A DNA stretch of 64,000 nt from Planctomycetota bacterium (GCA_965248575.1 CBDFJQ010000002.1:2080001-2144000), one strand, 5' to 3'. Counted from the first letter of the stretch, positions 1-10,535 are shown. The notes: generated by a model not told the origin, from the sequence alone. Numbers and translations are program-made.

Positions 1-705
1 ATCCAGCGCAGCCTGCTGCCCACAGAGTCTCTCCAAGTGGAAGGCTTCGACATTGCAGGGGTCTGCAATCCAGCGGAAGAGGTGGGCGGCGACTTCTTCG
101 ACGCCTTGCCCATCTCAGAGACCTCCACGGGCCTCGTCATCGGCGACGCCAGCGGGCACGGTTTGCCTGCAGCCCTCGTGGCCCGGGACGTCATCGTCGG
201 CTTGCGCATGGGCGTCGACCGCGACCTGCGGATCGCCCCGACCCTGGAGAAACTCAACCGGGTCATCCACCGGGGCGGTCCGGCCAGTTCCTTCGTCTCG
301 CTGTTCTACGGCGAGCTCGAATCCAACGGCAATCTGTTCTACGTGAACGCCGGCCACAAGGCGCCGCTGCTGTTCAGGGCGTCGGCCCCGGCCGGCCACC
401 CTCCAGAGACGCTGTTCAGCGGTGACATCGTCCTGGGACCCGTGCCCGACGCCCGCTTCAAACGGCAGTTCGCCCACGTCGATCGCGGCGACTGCATGGT
501 GCTCTACACCGACGGGGTCAACGAGCGGCTGGACCCGCCCGGCGAGCTGTTTGGCGACGAGCGCGTGATCGAAGCCGTGCACGCCGTGCGCAACCGCCCC
601 GCGGCCGACATCGCGCGAACGGTCATCGAGGCCGCCGCGCGCTTCGGCCAGTGCGTGGACTGGGCGGACGATGCAACGGTGCTCGTGGTGAAGCGAAACC
701 CCTGA
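1..705 (+). CDS. PP2C-type (SpoIIE/RsbU family) protein phosphatase, 5'-partial
   Basis: Frame is open from base 1 (IQRSLLP...). Motifs VGGDFFD, IGDASGHG, YVNAGH, LYTDGV and DDAT are typical of the SpoIIE-like domain. Confidence 0.9.
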   Translation: MQRSLLPTESLQVEGFDIAGVCNPAEEVGGDFFDALPISETSTGLVIGDASGHGLPAALVARDVIVGLRMGVDRDLRIAPTLEKLNRVIHRGGPASSFVSLFYGELESNGNLFYVNAGHKAPLLFRASAPAGHPPETLFSGDIVLGPVPDARFKRQFAHVDRGDCMVLYTDGVNERLDPPGELFGDERVIEAVHAVRNRPAADIARTVIEAAARFGQCVDWADDATVLVVKRNP

Positions 706-722
706 CTGTCGGGGCTCTCCTG

Positions 723-1838
723 CTAGCTTCCGAGACCCAGGAGCTGCGGAACCATCTCGTCCAACTTGCCCCGGGCGTCGACCGAGAACAGCTCTCCGCC
801 CTGGCCCACCACGAACACGGCGGGGATTGAGTTGATGCCCCAGCTGGAGGAGAACTCGCTGGCCCAGCCGTTGCCCTGGTAGTACTGCGGCCACTCGATG
901 CCGTTGTCTGCGCAGTACGCCTTGAGCTTGTCGAGCCCGCCCTGCTCTTCCGGGCTGTCCAGGCTCACCCCGATGAACTCCACGCCCTTGTCCTGGTACG
1001 TCGCGTAGAGTTCCTTCATGTGGGGCATTTCGGCGATGCAGGGCCCGCACCATGTGGCCCAGAAATCCACGACCACGACCTTGTCGGAGAGGTCAGCCAT
1101 GTCGATTTCCTTGCCGGAGATCGCCTCGGTGAACCCCAGGTCGAAGGGCTTGCCGAGCGCCTCATACTGGCGCACCTTGCCCTTGGCGTAGCCCGCGTTG
1201 CGGCTCTCGGGCCACTTGAGCACCCGACGGAAGAGCTCCAGCTTCTGGTCGGCCTCTTCGGCGCCGTAGCTCGCGACGTTCATGATGAGCCCCGCGGCCC
1301 GATCATCGTCGGGGGCCAATTCGATCAGGCGCTCCACGGCTGGCAAAACGTGGTCCGGCGCATAGCGGTGCTCTTCGGAGAGGGCCATCGCCGCGCTGTA
1401 GGCAGCCTCGATCGCCAGGGCCGACTCAGGCTGGGCCTGCATGACGCGCGCGGTCTCTTCTGCAACGGCTGCGAAGTCCAAGCGTTCGCCGTAGAGCCGT
1501 GCCCAGCGGCCGGGCAGGAGTTCGCTCACCTGCTCGTGATCCGGATGAGCCGTCCACAGCTCGAGGATCAGGTCGGCACCCTGTTGGGCGATGGACCGAC
1601 GCGCCTCGAGGTAGGACTCGACGTAGCCCTCCTCGCCACGCCGAGAGCTGTCGTAGGCGGGAGGGCTGAGCGCCTCGAACTCACCCAGGATCAGATCGGC
1701 AGCCCGCACCTCCTGCATGCCCCCTTCGTCCATCCCAGCTTCCATGCCGGTTTCTTGGGCAACAACATCGGAGGGAGCCCAGGCCATGGCCGACAGCACA
1801 CACAGGCCACTCAAGACAATTCGGCTTCGCTGGATCAT
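723..1838 (-). CDS. Secreted TlpA/ResA-family thiol-disulfide oxidoreductase with N-terminal helical region
   Basis: DFWATWCGPC thioredoxin motif, GVSLD, GINSIP. Signal-like N-terminus from ATG 1838, preceded by GAGGA. Confidence 0.85.
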   Translation of the reverse strand: MIQRSRIVLSGLCVLSAMAWAPSDVVAQETGMEAGMDEGGMQEVRAADLILGEFEALSPPAYDSSRRGEEGYVESYLEARRSIAQQGADLILELWTAHPDHEQVSELLPGRWARLYGERLDFAAVAEETARVMQAQPESALAIEAAYSAAMALSEEHRYAPDHVLPAVERLIELAPDDDRAAGLIMNVASYGAEEADQKLELFRRVLKWPESRNAGYAKGKVRQYEALGKPFDLGFTEAISGKEIDMADLSDKVVVVDFWATWCGPCIAEMPHMKELYATYQDKGVEFIGVSLDSPEEQGGLDKLKAYCADNGIEWPQYYQGNGWASEFSSSWGINSIPAVFVVGQGGELFSVDARGKLDEMVPQLLGLGS

Positions 1839-1978
1839 GACGGCGTTCCTCTTCTTCCGGGCATCGACTGGGTGTCCGCGGCAGTGCGACTCAGGCCGGC
1901 TCGTGTGCACGGAGTTCACGGGCCGAGGCGCCGATCATACGGCATGGGCGCTGGCCAGGGGGCCAACCCCGCCTCACG

Positions 1979-2590
1979 CTAACGCATCCGGTTGTTGACC
2001 GGGTCCCAACGGACGCCCAGCGTCCGCAGGTAGACCCGTGAAGCGTCCTGCCAGTTCTCCCCTTCCAGCGGTGCCGCATCCAAGGCCCGATTCATGTAGG
2101 CCAGCCCCAGGCCCGGCTTGTCGAGCTCCTTCGTGAGCAACTCCCAGCCGATGTAGCGTTGCGCCGTGTCGTAACGCTCGTGCTGCTCGGGAACCGACTG
2201 CAGCAAGGCCAACGCCTCCTCCACCCGCCCCTTGCGCATGGCGTAGCGCCCGAGCGTGAAGAGGTCTGTCTCATCGGGTGAGGGCTCCTGGTTCGACCGA
2301 ATGAGGACCGTGCGGACCTGCTCCATCGAACCCTGCGTTGGTTGCTGTGGGTCTGCAACCTCTTCGCTGGCTGTCTCAGGCACGTCCGCAGCAAGGACCC
2401 GAGCTCGATCCGCCGCACGCTCCAACACTCTCTCCAGGGACTCCACACGACCATCCGCCAACGTGATGGGTGTCGCGCCATCAGGAGCAGGCAGTGTGCT
2501 CGCTGGCTCTGCCAACAGGTTGGCCACGACGACCAGGATGATGAGCAGCAGTGCCGTGGGGACGACGAACCACTTCAAGAGTCGCTTCAT
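1979..2590 (-). CDS. Membrane-anchored TPR-like hypothetical protein
   Basis: N-terminal MKRLLK plus hydrophobic helix. TPR-like segments (LFTLGRYAMRKGRVEEALALL). Confidence 0.6.
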   Translation of the reverse strand: MKRLLKWFVVPTALLLIILVVVANLLAEPASTLPAPDGATPITLADGRVESLERVLERAADRARVLAADVPETASEEVADPQQPTQGSMEQVRTVLIRSNQEPSPDETDLFTLGRYAMRKGRVEEALALLQSVPEQHERYDTAQRYIGWELLTKELDKPGLGLAYMNRALDAAPLEGENWQDASRVYLRTLGVRWDPVNNRMR

Positions 2591-2725
2591 GGGGAAAGCC
2601 TCCTTCGAGAGGCGCCTCGATGGGAATCACTCGGGACGGGTTTCACCACGGCTTCCTGCTGAGCTATCCCGCGCCGATGGGCGCAGAGTACACTCCTGCG
2701 CTTCTCAGGATTCGTGGAGCTCTTC

Positions 2726-3937
2726 ATGCCTCGTCCCGAAAGCACGCCCTGGCCGGCCCGTAGGATTTCGGCCCCTCTCTGGCAACGAGCGCTCCTCTGT
2801 CTGCCGGCCTTGTGGTGCCTCGGCTGCTCCTCGATGCGCATGCCCGTGGAATTCGTAGAACGGGTCGAGAGCATCGAGCAAGCTCGCATCGAACGCTCCG
2901 TACAGGCCCTGCACGAGCTGGGGCCTCGCCCCATCGAGAACGTGGCCGCGACGAACGCAACCGTCGCCTGGCTGCGTGCCGAGTTGGAGGCTCTCGGCTA
3001 TGCGGTGAGCGAAGAGCCGGTGAGCACCCGAACGAGCAACGGCAGATTGGTGGCCAACGTCCGCAAGCAAGGCTCGGGAGCGGACGGCGAGCAGCTCGAG
3101 ATCGAGCTCCCCAACGGCTTTGCTTCCTATGGAGCCCGAGTCCTGGAAAGCCAGAGCAGGAAATTGCGCGCCGAGGGCTGGGAGGTGCTGGGCTATGCCA
3201 TGCAATCCAGCAACGCCGAGGGGGCAGCGCCCACCAGCCTGCTCGTGGCCCCCAATCTCTATGCGGAGATCCTGGGCAGTGAGCAGCCCGAGCGGGTGAT
3301 CGAAGTGAGTGCCCATTACGACACGGTGCCCGGCTGCAGTGGCGCCTCGGACAACTCGAGCGGCGTGGCAGCCCTGCTGGAAATGGCGCGGGTCTTCTCC
3401 GGGGCCACGCCTCGCAAGACCATCCGGCTGTGTTTCTTCGCCGCCGAAGAGGCTGGCCTGCTGGGCAGCCGTGTGCACATCCAGAACATCGTCCAGGATG
3501 GCAAATCCCCGGTCGACGCTTTGATCAACCTGGATTCCATCGGCTTCGCATCCGATGCGCCAGACTCACAGCAGGCTCCCGTTCGCATCCCACTCGTGAC
3601 CTGGATGCCGAGCACAGGCAACTTCATCACCGTCATCGGCACCTACTCGACAGGTTGGTTGGGGAACTTCTTCGAAGACGCCGCCGACTCCTATGTCCCG
3701 GAGCTCGAGTACTACAGCGCCAACCGCATCGGCAGCATGTTCGCCGACGGTCATCGGAGCGACCATGCCCACTACTGGGAGGCCGGCATCCCTGCCATCT
3801 TCCTGACGGACACCGGGGAGTTCCGGTCGGACAACTACCACCGCCCCGACGACACGCCCGACTCCCTCAACTTCCCCTTCGTGCGCCAAGTCGCCGTGGC
3901 CGCAGCAGCAGCTGCCCTGGAGCTGGCAGACCGCTAG
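2726..3937 (+). CDS. M28-family metallopeptidase (probable lipoprotein)
   Basis: SAHYD, GASDNSSG, AEEAGLLGS, NLDSIG, RSDH and YHRPDDT zinc-ligand motifs. Signal peptide ending CLGC. Confidence 0.85.
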   Translation: MPRPESTPWPARRISAPLWQRALLCLPALWCLGCSSMRMPVEFVERVESIEQARIERSVQALHELGPRPIENVAATNATVAWLRAELEALGYAVSEEPVSTRTSNGRLVANVRKQGSGADGEQLEIELPNGFASYGARVLESQSRKLRAEGWEVLGYAMQSSNAEGAAPTSLLVAPNLYAEILGSEQPERVIEVSAHYDTVPGCSGASDNSSGVAALLEMARVFSGATPRKTIRLCFFAAEEAGLLGSRVHIQNIVQDGKSPVDALINLDSIGFASDAPDSQQAPVRIPLVTWMPSTGNFITVIGTYSTGWLGNFFEDAADSYVPELEYYSANRIGSMFADGHRSDHAHYWEAGIPAIFLTDTGEFRSDNYHRPDDTPDSLNFPFVRQVAVAAAAAALELADR

Positions 3938-3996
3938 GCGAGGGCCCCGACGCCTCCGGCGCCTCACCAGCCTCTCCAGTAGGACCGGCGACGCAG

Positions 3997-5751
3997 CTAT
4001 CGATCGCCGACGTAGCCCAAGGCCCGCAGCTCTTCGAGCTGCTCATCCGTGAGCGGCGTATCGCGCACGTTGTCCTTGAACACCCGTCGCAAGAGACGGT
4101 CCTGCTCCTGCTGCGCCGCAAGCAAGGCCCCCAAGCGCTTGACTACATCCGGGTGCTCTGCAGCGGCGTTCCGCGTGGCGCCAGGGTCCGCGTGCAGATC
4201 GAAGAGTTGGGGCACCGAGCGCCCCTGGTGGCTGATCAAGCGCCAGCGATCCGTACGTAGCGTGTGACGCCGCGACTTGCCATGGTCCGTTGTGGGTGCA
4301 TGGCTGAAGGCCACGCGGTCGCTCGACCGCCCCTGCAGCACCGGCACCAGGCTCTCCCCCTGATGCTTGACCCCCGCCAGCGAAAGGCCCGAAAGCTCGA
4401 GCAGCGTGGGCATGACATCCACGTTGCTCACGATGTTGGGCAGACGCCGCGGCGCCCCGAAATCGCCGAGCCCGTCCGGGATGCGGAACATCAACAGGAT
4501 CCGCAGCAGTTCGTCGTGCAGGTTCTTCCCGTGCTCCGCCGTGAGATCGTGCTCGCCCAAGGCCTCGCCATGGTCACTGACCACGACGACGATGGTGTTG
4601 TCGTCCAGGTCCAGCTCCGACAACGCGGTCCAGAGCCGCTGCATCTGGAAGTCGGCGTACAGCACGCCCGCATCGTAGTAGTCGGTCGCCTGTTGCTGGG
4701 AATCCGGCTCCAAGCTGCGTTCGACGTCGAGGCCGTACTCCTTGGCCAGGGTGAACAGGCCCGGCACATCGTCCACGGTCTTCCGCAGGTCGTCTGAGCA
4801 GTGCCACTCGTGGTGGTAGAGGAAGGACACATCGTCCCGGCTCAGGATTCCGGAGTCGTTCCATTGCGCGACGAGCCCATCCCGCCTGGCATGCTCCGAC
4901 ACCTCGTCGTAGGCAGGGCGCACCCGGGCGATGTACTCCGCGGGTGCGTGATAGGGGTAGTGCGGCTCATAGGTATGGAAGAGCGCAAAGAACGGCTGGC
5001 CCTCCCCGTCGAGCGCTTCGGCACGAGCGGTCTCGTGGGCTGTCAACCAAGCCAGGAAGCGGTCGAGGTTCGGGACGATCAGGTTCGGGGTCTCGGCCTC
5101 GGGCTTCGGAGGAAAGACGTCGAAGCCGGTATCCAACCCGAAGATGCCCGCGGCGTAGACGCCCTCCGTGAAGGCCGCCGTGGCGTAGCCCTCTGCGGAG
5201 TAGAGCTCTGCCAGGGTCGTGGCCGCGTCACTCAGTCGGCCGGGGTCGGGGTAGCTCGTGACGGCATGAGCATCCGGATACAGCGAGGTCATCAGGCTGA
5301 TCAGAGCGGGAGCTGTCCAAGGAGCGGAGGACTGCGCCCCTTCGAAGACCACGCACTGCTCCGCGAAGGCGTCGAGGTTGGGCGAGATGGAACGCTCATA
5401 GCCGAAGGAGCCCAGGTGGTCGGGCCTCAGGGTGTCGAGGACCACCATCAGGACATTGGGACGAGCTGCGACGCCTGTCTCGGCTTCGGACGCCTCCGCG
5501 CAGGAGGGCAGGCTGCCAAGCGCTACCAGCCCGAGCACCCAGGGCAGGCTTCGTCGGAGGAGAGGGCGCAGGTCGCGACACCAGGTGTCGTTCCCTGGCA
5601 GTGGGGATTGCGTTCGGTGTTTCAGTGGATCGGCTCGCAGGGGCGGGCGAGGGTGCCATGGCGTGCGGCTTGCGGAAAGCGTCGGAATGCGACGCCCGGG
5701 GCGAGGGGGCGCATCATCCGTCCTCCGCCTCGCCAAGGTATCCCAGGGCAC
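3997..5751 (-). CDS. Sulfatase-like hydrolase/transferase (Thr at nucleophile position); true start probably downstream of 5751
   Basis: PNVLMVVLDTLRPDH, SAPWTAPALISLMTS, SDHGE, C-terminal LRALGY. No CxPxR motif. Confidence 0.8.
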   Translation of the reverse strand: MPWDTLARRRTDDAPPRPGRRIPTLSASRTPWHPRPPLRADPLKHRTQSPLPGNDTWCRDLRPLLRRSLPWVLGLVALGSLPSCAEASEAETGVAARPNVLMVVLDTLRPDHLGSFGYERSISPNLDAFAEQCVVFEGAQSSAPWTAPALISLMTSLYPDAHAVTSYPDPGRLSDAATTLAELYSAEGYATAAFTEGVYAAGIFGLDTGFDVFPPKPEAETPNLIVPNLDRFLAWLTAHETARAEALDGEGQPFFALFHTYEPHYPYHAPAEYIARVRPAYDEVSEHARRDGLVAQWNDSGILSRDDVSFLYHHEWHCSDDLRKTVDDVPGLFTLAKEYGLDVERSLEPDSQQQATDYYDAGVLYADFQMQRLWTALSELDLDDNTIVVVVSDHGEALGEHDLTAEHGKNLHDELLRILLMFRIPDGLGDFGAPRRLPNIVSNVDVMPTLLELSGLSLAGVKHQGESLVPVLQGRSSDRVAFSHAPTTDHGKSRRHTLRTDRWRLISHQGRSVPQLFDLHADPGATRNAAAEHPDVVKRLGALLAAQQEQDRLLRRVFKDNVRDTPLTDEQLEELRALGYVGDR

Positions 5752-7198
5752 GCAGCGTTTCGCGCAGCTCCTCGTTCAACTCGACAGCTGGAGCGTCCTG
5801 GGGAGCGACGCGCGGTGACTCCATCAGTCGCTGCAGTCTTTCCAGCATGGCGGCCAGTTGCGGCGATGACTCCGAGGCCAGGTTGTGGGCTTCGAGCGGG
5901 TCGGCCTCCAGGTCATACAGTTCGTGTTGGCCGTCGCTGCTGGAGATGAGCTTGTGGGGCCACTCCAAAAGGACATGGCGGGTGCGTTGGAAGCGCCCGC
6001 CCCATGACTCCGAGAGGTCACGCGCACGGGCCCAGTAATTCTCGCTCACCACGGGGGCCCTGCCCGGGAGATTGGGGAACAGGCTGCGCAGGCCGCCCAC
6101 ACGATGGGCGGGGAGCTCCGCCAGGATCATGCCGGCGACGTCGGCGGAGGATGTGGGTTCGTGCATCAATCGCCCCCGGGATTGCCCGCTACTCTTCGCG
6201 ATGAGCGGCACGTTGAGCACCTCCTGGTACACATCCTTGCAGTGCTCCACGAGGCGATGCTCGCCGAAGAACTCGCCATGATCCGACGTCAGGACGATTA
6301 CCGTGTTGTCGTACAAGCCCAGGCGCTTCAGCTCGGCGAGCAAGCCTCCCACCCCCTCGTCGAGGTTCGCGATGGCCGTGTCGTACTGGTCGATCACCTG
6401 CTGGGTGAGCAGCTCCACTTCACCCTGCGCTTCGCCCATGACGCGTTCCGTCAACTCGTGCAGAAGCTCACCCTGATCCCGGAGCACTGGCGTCTCGAGC
6501 AGACCGGGCCGAGGCTCTGTGTTGTAGACGTAGTGCGTGTCGACATAGTTCAGGAACAGGAAGAAGGGCTGGCCCGACGTCTGCTCTGCCCGCGCCGAGA
6601 GCCAGGAGAACACACGTGCGTTGAGTCGTTGCGCAGGAGAGCGCCGCAGCTCCCACTCGTCGAAGCCCTGCTGCAGCTGGAAGATGGGATTGAACCAACC
6701 CGTGTTGGCGATGAAGCCCGCCGTGGCATATCCCAGGCCCTTGAGCACCTCCGCCAAGGTGAGGTGTTCTTCCGCCAGCGGTCGCAGGTTCTCCTTCGGC
6801 CCCTGCGGCTCGTAGGTCCGGACGCCGTGCTCGAAGGGGTGCATGCCGGTGAACAGCGAGGCGTGGGTCGGGAGCGTCCAGGGCGCGCTGGCCTGAGCCC
6901 GCTCGAAGCGAGTTGCCACCGCAGCGAATGCGTCTATGGCTGGGGACGTGGCCCGTTCATATCCATAGCAACCCAGGTGATCCGCGCGCAGGGTGTCACA
7001 GACAATGAGCACGACATTGGGCGGGGCCGCGTCGGCAGAGGCGAGCGCTGGCTCGGAATCGCCGGGCACCTGCCCCGAGACGACGGGCGCCAGCCCCAAG
7101 ACGAGAGGATCGACCATGGCCATGCACGCGAGCAGGAGCCCCCACAACGGGGGCAGCCGTCGGCTCGAACAGGCGGTTGTCGTTGGTGAATGGATCAA
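5714..7198 (-). CDS. Sulfatase-like hydrolase/transferase (Thr at nucleophile position)
   Basis: PNVVLIVCDTLRADH, SAPWTLPTHASLFTG, TSDHGE, ELYDLEADP, LRALGY. Signal-like N-terminus. Confidence 0.85.
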   Translation of the reverse strand: MIHSPTTTACSSRRLPPLWGLLLACMAMVDPLVLGLAPVVSGQVPGDSEPALASADAAPPNVVLIVCDTLRADHLGCYGYERATSPAIDAFAAVATRFERAQASAPWTLPTHASLFTGMHPFEHGVRTYEPQGPKENLRPLAEEHLTLAEVLKGLGYATAGFIANTGWFNPIFQLQQGFDEWELRRSPAQRLNARVFSWLSARAEQTSGQPFFLFLNYVDTHYVYNTEPRPGLLETPVLRDQGELLHELTERVMGEAQGEVELLTQQVIDQYDTAIANLDEGVGGLLAELKRLGLYDNTVIVLTSDHGEFFGEHRLVEHCKDVYQEVLNVPLIAKSSGQSRGRLMHEPTSSADVAGMILAELPAHRVGGLRSLFPNLPGRAPVVSENYWARARDLSESWGGRFQRTRHVLLEWPHKLISSSDGQHELYDLEADPLEAHNLASESSPQLAAMLERLQRLMESPRVAPQDAPAVELNEELRETLRALGYLGEAEDG

Positions 7199-7347
7199 GA
7201 GGACTCAGCGCAGTGGGCGGTCACCTGAACCCGCTCTGCACGGTTCGGGAGATGGGGAACGAGGGCGTCTTCGACACCGCTCGGACCAGGCTGTGGGACC
7301 ACGGTCGGTGGTAACATACCCGCTCCTCGGCAAGCAGGAACGCACTC

Positions 7348-8247
7348 ATGAGTGACACCGCCAGCACGGGAGCTTCCCCGGAAGAGCTCCCCCTCCCCTC
7401 TTCCGAGGCTGCTCCCCCGGGGCTCGACCCGCAATCCATCGAGCTGGACCTGACCACCATCGATGAGGCCATGGCTGCCCGCCTGCGGGGCCTCGCCTAT
7501 CAGCACAAGTTGCTGGTCTTCAAGAACCAGGATCTCTCCGACGAGCAGTACATCGCCTTCGCGCGAAAAATCGGGACTCCAGAGCCCTACTTCCAGGCCC
7601 ATTACCACCACCCGGAACACCCCGAGATCTTCGTTTCCTCCAATGTGCCGCTCAACGGCGCGAAGGTGGGCGTGGCCGGCACGGGCCGCATGTGGCACTG
7701 CGACTACTCGTTCTTTGATCGCCCGCTCGCCTTCACATGCGTGTTCCCCAAGATCCTGCCTTCGACGAAACGCGAGACCTACTACATCGACATGGCCAGG
7801 GTCTACCGCGACCTGCCCGCCCCCCTCAAGGCAGAGATCGAAGGCCTCACCGCATTCCAGGACGCCTGGGACTACTACAAGGTCCAACCCTTCGATATCG
7901 ACAAGGCGGTTCGCGAACTCATCGAGGCATGGCATGACGAGGCGCCAGGGGCCAGCCACCCCGTGGTCACGACACATCCCGTCACGTCTGAGCGCATCCT
8001 GTACTGCAGCAGCGGATTCACCAAGCGGGTCGAAGGGGTCACCCGTGAGCGCAGCGATGAGCTGCTGAGCCAGCTCTTCGCGTTCGCGGAGCAACCCCAC
8101 TACAGGCACCGTCAGGAATGGCAGGAGGGCGACCTGTTCATGTGGGACAACCGTTCACTCATCCACCATGCATCCAGCGTGCCCGCTGGTGAGAAGAGCC
8201 GCAGCTACCGCATCAGCCTGTACGACGCCCTCCCCTTCAGGGCCTGA
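7348..8247 (+). CDS. Fe(II)/2-oxoglutarate dioxygenase, TauD superfamily, ScoE/MmaE-like
   Basis: WHCD (HxD) and WDNRSLIH facial-triad motifs. The segment EIFVSSNVPLNGAKVGVAGTGRMWHCDY matches the ScoE subfamily pattern as I recall it. Confidence 0.85.
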   Translation: MSDTASTGASPEELPLPSSEAAPPGLDPQSIELDLTTIDEAMAARLRGLAYQHKLLVFKNQDLSDEQYIAFARKIGTPEPYFQAHYHHPEHPEIFVSSNVPLNGAKVGVAGTGRMWHCDYSFFDRPLAFTCVFPKILPSTKRETYYIDMARVYRDLPAPLKAEIEGLTAFQDAWDYYKVQPFDIDKAVRELIEAWHDEAPGASHPVVTTHPVTSERILYCSSGFTKRVEGVTRERSDELLSQLFAFAEQPHYRHRQEWQEGDLFMWDNRSLIHHASSVPAGEKSRSYRISLYDALPFRA

Positions 8248-8252
8248 CGCGC

Positions 8253-10535
8253 TCAGCGCCCGCTGGGATCCCAAAGGACGGGCTCGCCGGCTTCCTTCAA
8301 GCTGTAGGTCGCGTCACGCTCCAACGGCCCCGTGAGCTGGACGCGACCTGATCCAGGCCAGCGCACCTCCACGTCGATGACGGCGACGGCATCCTCCAGA
8401 CCGATCTCCGCCTGCAGGCTCTGGCTGCCGAAGCTGCCGCCCGTCCCCACCTGGGCGTAGATGTCCCGCTGCGCCCCTGCCCCGGTCAGCACACGCACCC
8501 GCAACCGGGCGCCGATGGCTGAGCGGTTGGCCTCCACGCCTTCCAGCCGCAGGGTCAACCAGTGATTCCCCTGGCCTGGATTCATGAACAGCGCGTTGCG
8601 ATAGGCATCGCCCGTGAACGCGCCCCCCATCACGGCGTAGAGGTCCTGGTCGCCGTCGCCGTCAACGTCTCCGAAGGCGATGCCATGCCCCTTCTGCAGG
8701 TGCCCGAGACCCGCCGAGGTCGTCACCTCCAGGAACTCCTCCCCCGCACGGTTCAAGAACATGCGGTTGGGGTAGAGCGCCCTGAAGTCTGGCTCCCCGG
8801 TGCCGACATAGAAGTCTTGCCGGCCGTCGTTGTCGATATCTCCGAAGTTGCAGCCCATGGTCATCATCATTCGGTCGAGCCCCGCCGACTCGGTGGCGTC
8901 CTCGAAGGTGCCGTCGCCGCGATTCCGGTAGAGCTTGGGCAGGATGCCCCCGTGCTTCTTGCCGAGATAGTCCTTCACCACGCGGCGCACCGAGTTGAAC
9001 TGATAGCCGGACACCCAGAGGTCCAGGAGCCCGTCGCCGTCGTAGTCGAACCACCAGGTGGGGAAGCTCCAGTCTGGCTGTGTCACGCCAGCCGCGGCCG
9101 CTTGATCGCTGAAGCTCCAGGGCCGGGCGGATGCAGCGGGCCGGTTTCCAATCACGGCGCCTTGTGATTCGTTTGGCGATTCGCCTTTCGGCCCGTCGTT
9201 CCGCAGCAGGAGATTGGGCCCGTCATTGCGTGAGATGTAGAGGTCAGTCAGACCGTCGTCGTTGTAGTCCCCAAACGCCACGCCCTTCACGTAGCCCACC
9301 ACACGCGCTCCGACGGCCCCACCGACCTCCGTGAAGCGCCCCCCGTCGTTGTGATAGAGCTCGCACGGATGCTGTGCGCCGCCAGGCACCGACTCGTTGC
9401 CGATGAAGAGATCGAGCCAGCCATCGTTGTCGTAGTCACCCCAGGCAGCCGTCTGGGTGGGATGCATGGACAAGAGCCCGACGCCTTCGGTGACATCCGA
9501 AAAACGGCCCCCGCCCAGGTTCCGGAGCAGGGAGTTGGGCACACGCCCGGCCTGCTTGCGCCAGGCGCCTCGCAGCACGAAGACATCAGACAAGCCGTCA
9601 TTGTCGTAGTCGGCGTGCACCATGTTCAGGCCACCGGTGAGCCCCGTCAGCCCGGCCTGCTCCGTGCGCTCCTCGAAGTCACCGCGCCCGTCGTTCTCGA
9701 AGTAGCGGAGCTGGTCGCCCAGATCCCACGAGGAAACCAACAGGTCGAGATCCCCATCCAGATCGAAGTCCTCCATGCAGACGCTGCCGCAGAGCTCGGC
9801 CACGTCCACACCCCGCTCTCCCGCCTCGTCCACGAAACGCCCGACGTCGGCTTCGGCCGCGAAGGCCTCGGGTTCGATCAGCCATTCCTTGGGAACGCCC
9901 TCCGGGTACTCACCCAGGGTCATGGCCGCGATGTTCAGCAACCAACTGGCCTCGACGTATTTGGGCCGCTGCTCCAGGATGCGCGCGAACTCGGCCCAGG
10001 CCTTGCGCGAGCCCTCGGTCTGCTGGTGAAGCCCGGAACCCTGGATCGGAAACAGGCAGGACTCCGTGCTGTGGTGCTCGATGCAGTTCTGCTCCTCACC
10101 GCGCCGCAGCCAGGCCAGCGCAAGCAGCTCCCGCACCCGAATCACCATCGACTTCGGGGCACCACCGGACTCGACATCCTGCATGAGCTCCTGCAGCGTC
10201 TCGATGGCTTCCATCGTCCGCCCCGCGATGAGCAGTTCATTGCCCAACTGGGCGTGGGTCTCCACGCGCTCCGGCGCTGACATCCCCCCTGCGTCCAGGC
10301 GCCGCTTGAAGATCTCGACCCGCACATCGTTCAGGTACGTGTCTTGCTCGCCATCGGCCTGGGCGGCCAGGCTCGCGAGCCGCCGAACCATCTGCCGCGA
10401 GCTCTCCGTGAGCAGCTTCATGCCCGCTTCCGACGGCCCACCCTCCCCCGAGGAGCCCTGCGAACGCGTGCCCCCATCATCCCCGCAAGCCGCGAGGGCG
10501 AGCACACTCACCAGCACGGCCACGGGCCGTGACAT
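8253..10535 (-). CDS. CRTAC1-like lipoprotein (TPR + FG-GAP/VCBS repeats + ASPIC/UnbV domain)
   Basis: Lipobox LAAC. Repeated DYDNDGxxDL motifs. C-terminal GNHWLTLRLEG..NRSAIGA..WPGSG. Confidence 0.88.
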   Translation of the reverse strand: MSRPVAVLVSVLALAACGDDGGTRSQGSSGEGGPSEAGMKLLTESSRQMVRRLASLAAQADGEQDTYLNDVRVEIFKRRLDAGGMSAPERVETHAQLGNELLIAGRTMEAIETLQELMQDVESGGAPKSMVIRVRELLALAWLRRGEEQNCIEHHSTESCLFPIQGSGLHQQTEGSRKAWAEFARILEQRPKYVEASWLLNIAAMTLGEYPEGVPKEWLIEPEAFAAEADVGRFVDEAGERGVDVAELCGSVCMEDFDLDGDLDLLVSSWDLGDQLRYFENDGRGDFEERTEQAGLTGLTGGLNMVHADYDNDGLSDVFVLRGAWRKQAGRVPNSLLRNLGGGRFSDVTEGVGLLSMHPTQTAAWGDYDNDGWLDLFIGNESVPGGAQHPCELYHNDGGRFTEVGGAVGARVVGYVKGVAFGDYNDDGLTDLYISRNDGPNLLLRNDGPKGESPNESQGAVIGNRPAASARPWSFSDQAAAAGVTQPDWSFPTWWFDYDGDGLLDLWVSGYQFNSVRRVVKDYLGKKHGGILPKLYRNRGDGTFEDATESAGLDRMMMTMGCNFGDIDNDGRQDFYVGTGEPDFRALYPNRMFLNRAGEEFLEVTTSAGLGHLQKGHGIAFGDVDGDGDQDLYAVMGGAFTGDAYRNALFMNPGQGNHWLTLRLEGVEANRSAIGARLRVRVLTGAGAQRDIYAQVGTGGSFGSQSLQAEIGLEDAVAVIDVEVRWPGSGRVQLTGPLERDATYSLKEAGEPVLWDPSGR

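Noticed and set aside
7348..8247. Canonical taurine dioxygenase tauD
   Set aside because: Lacks tau transporter context, and its motifs fit the ScoE-like branch better. An alkylsulfatase role is not fully excluded.
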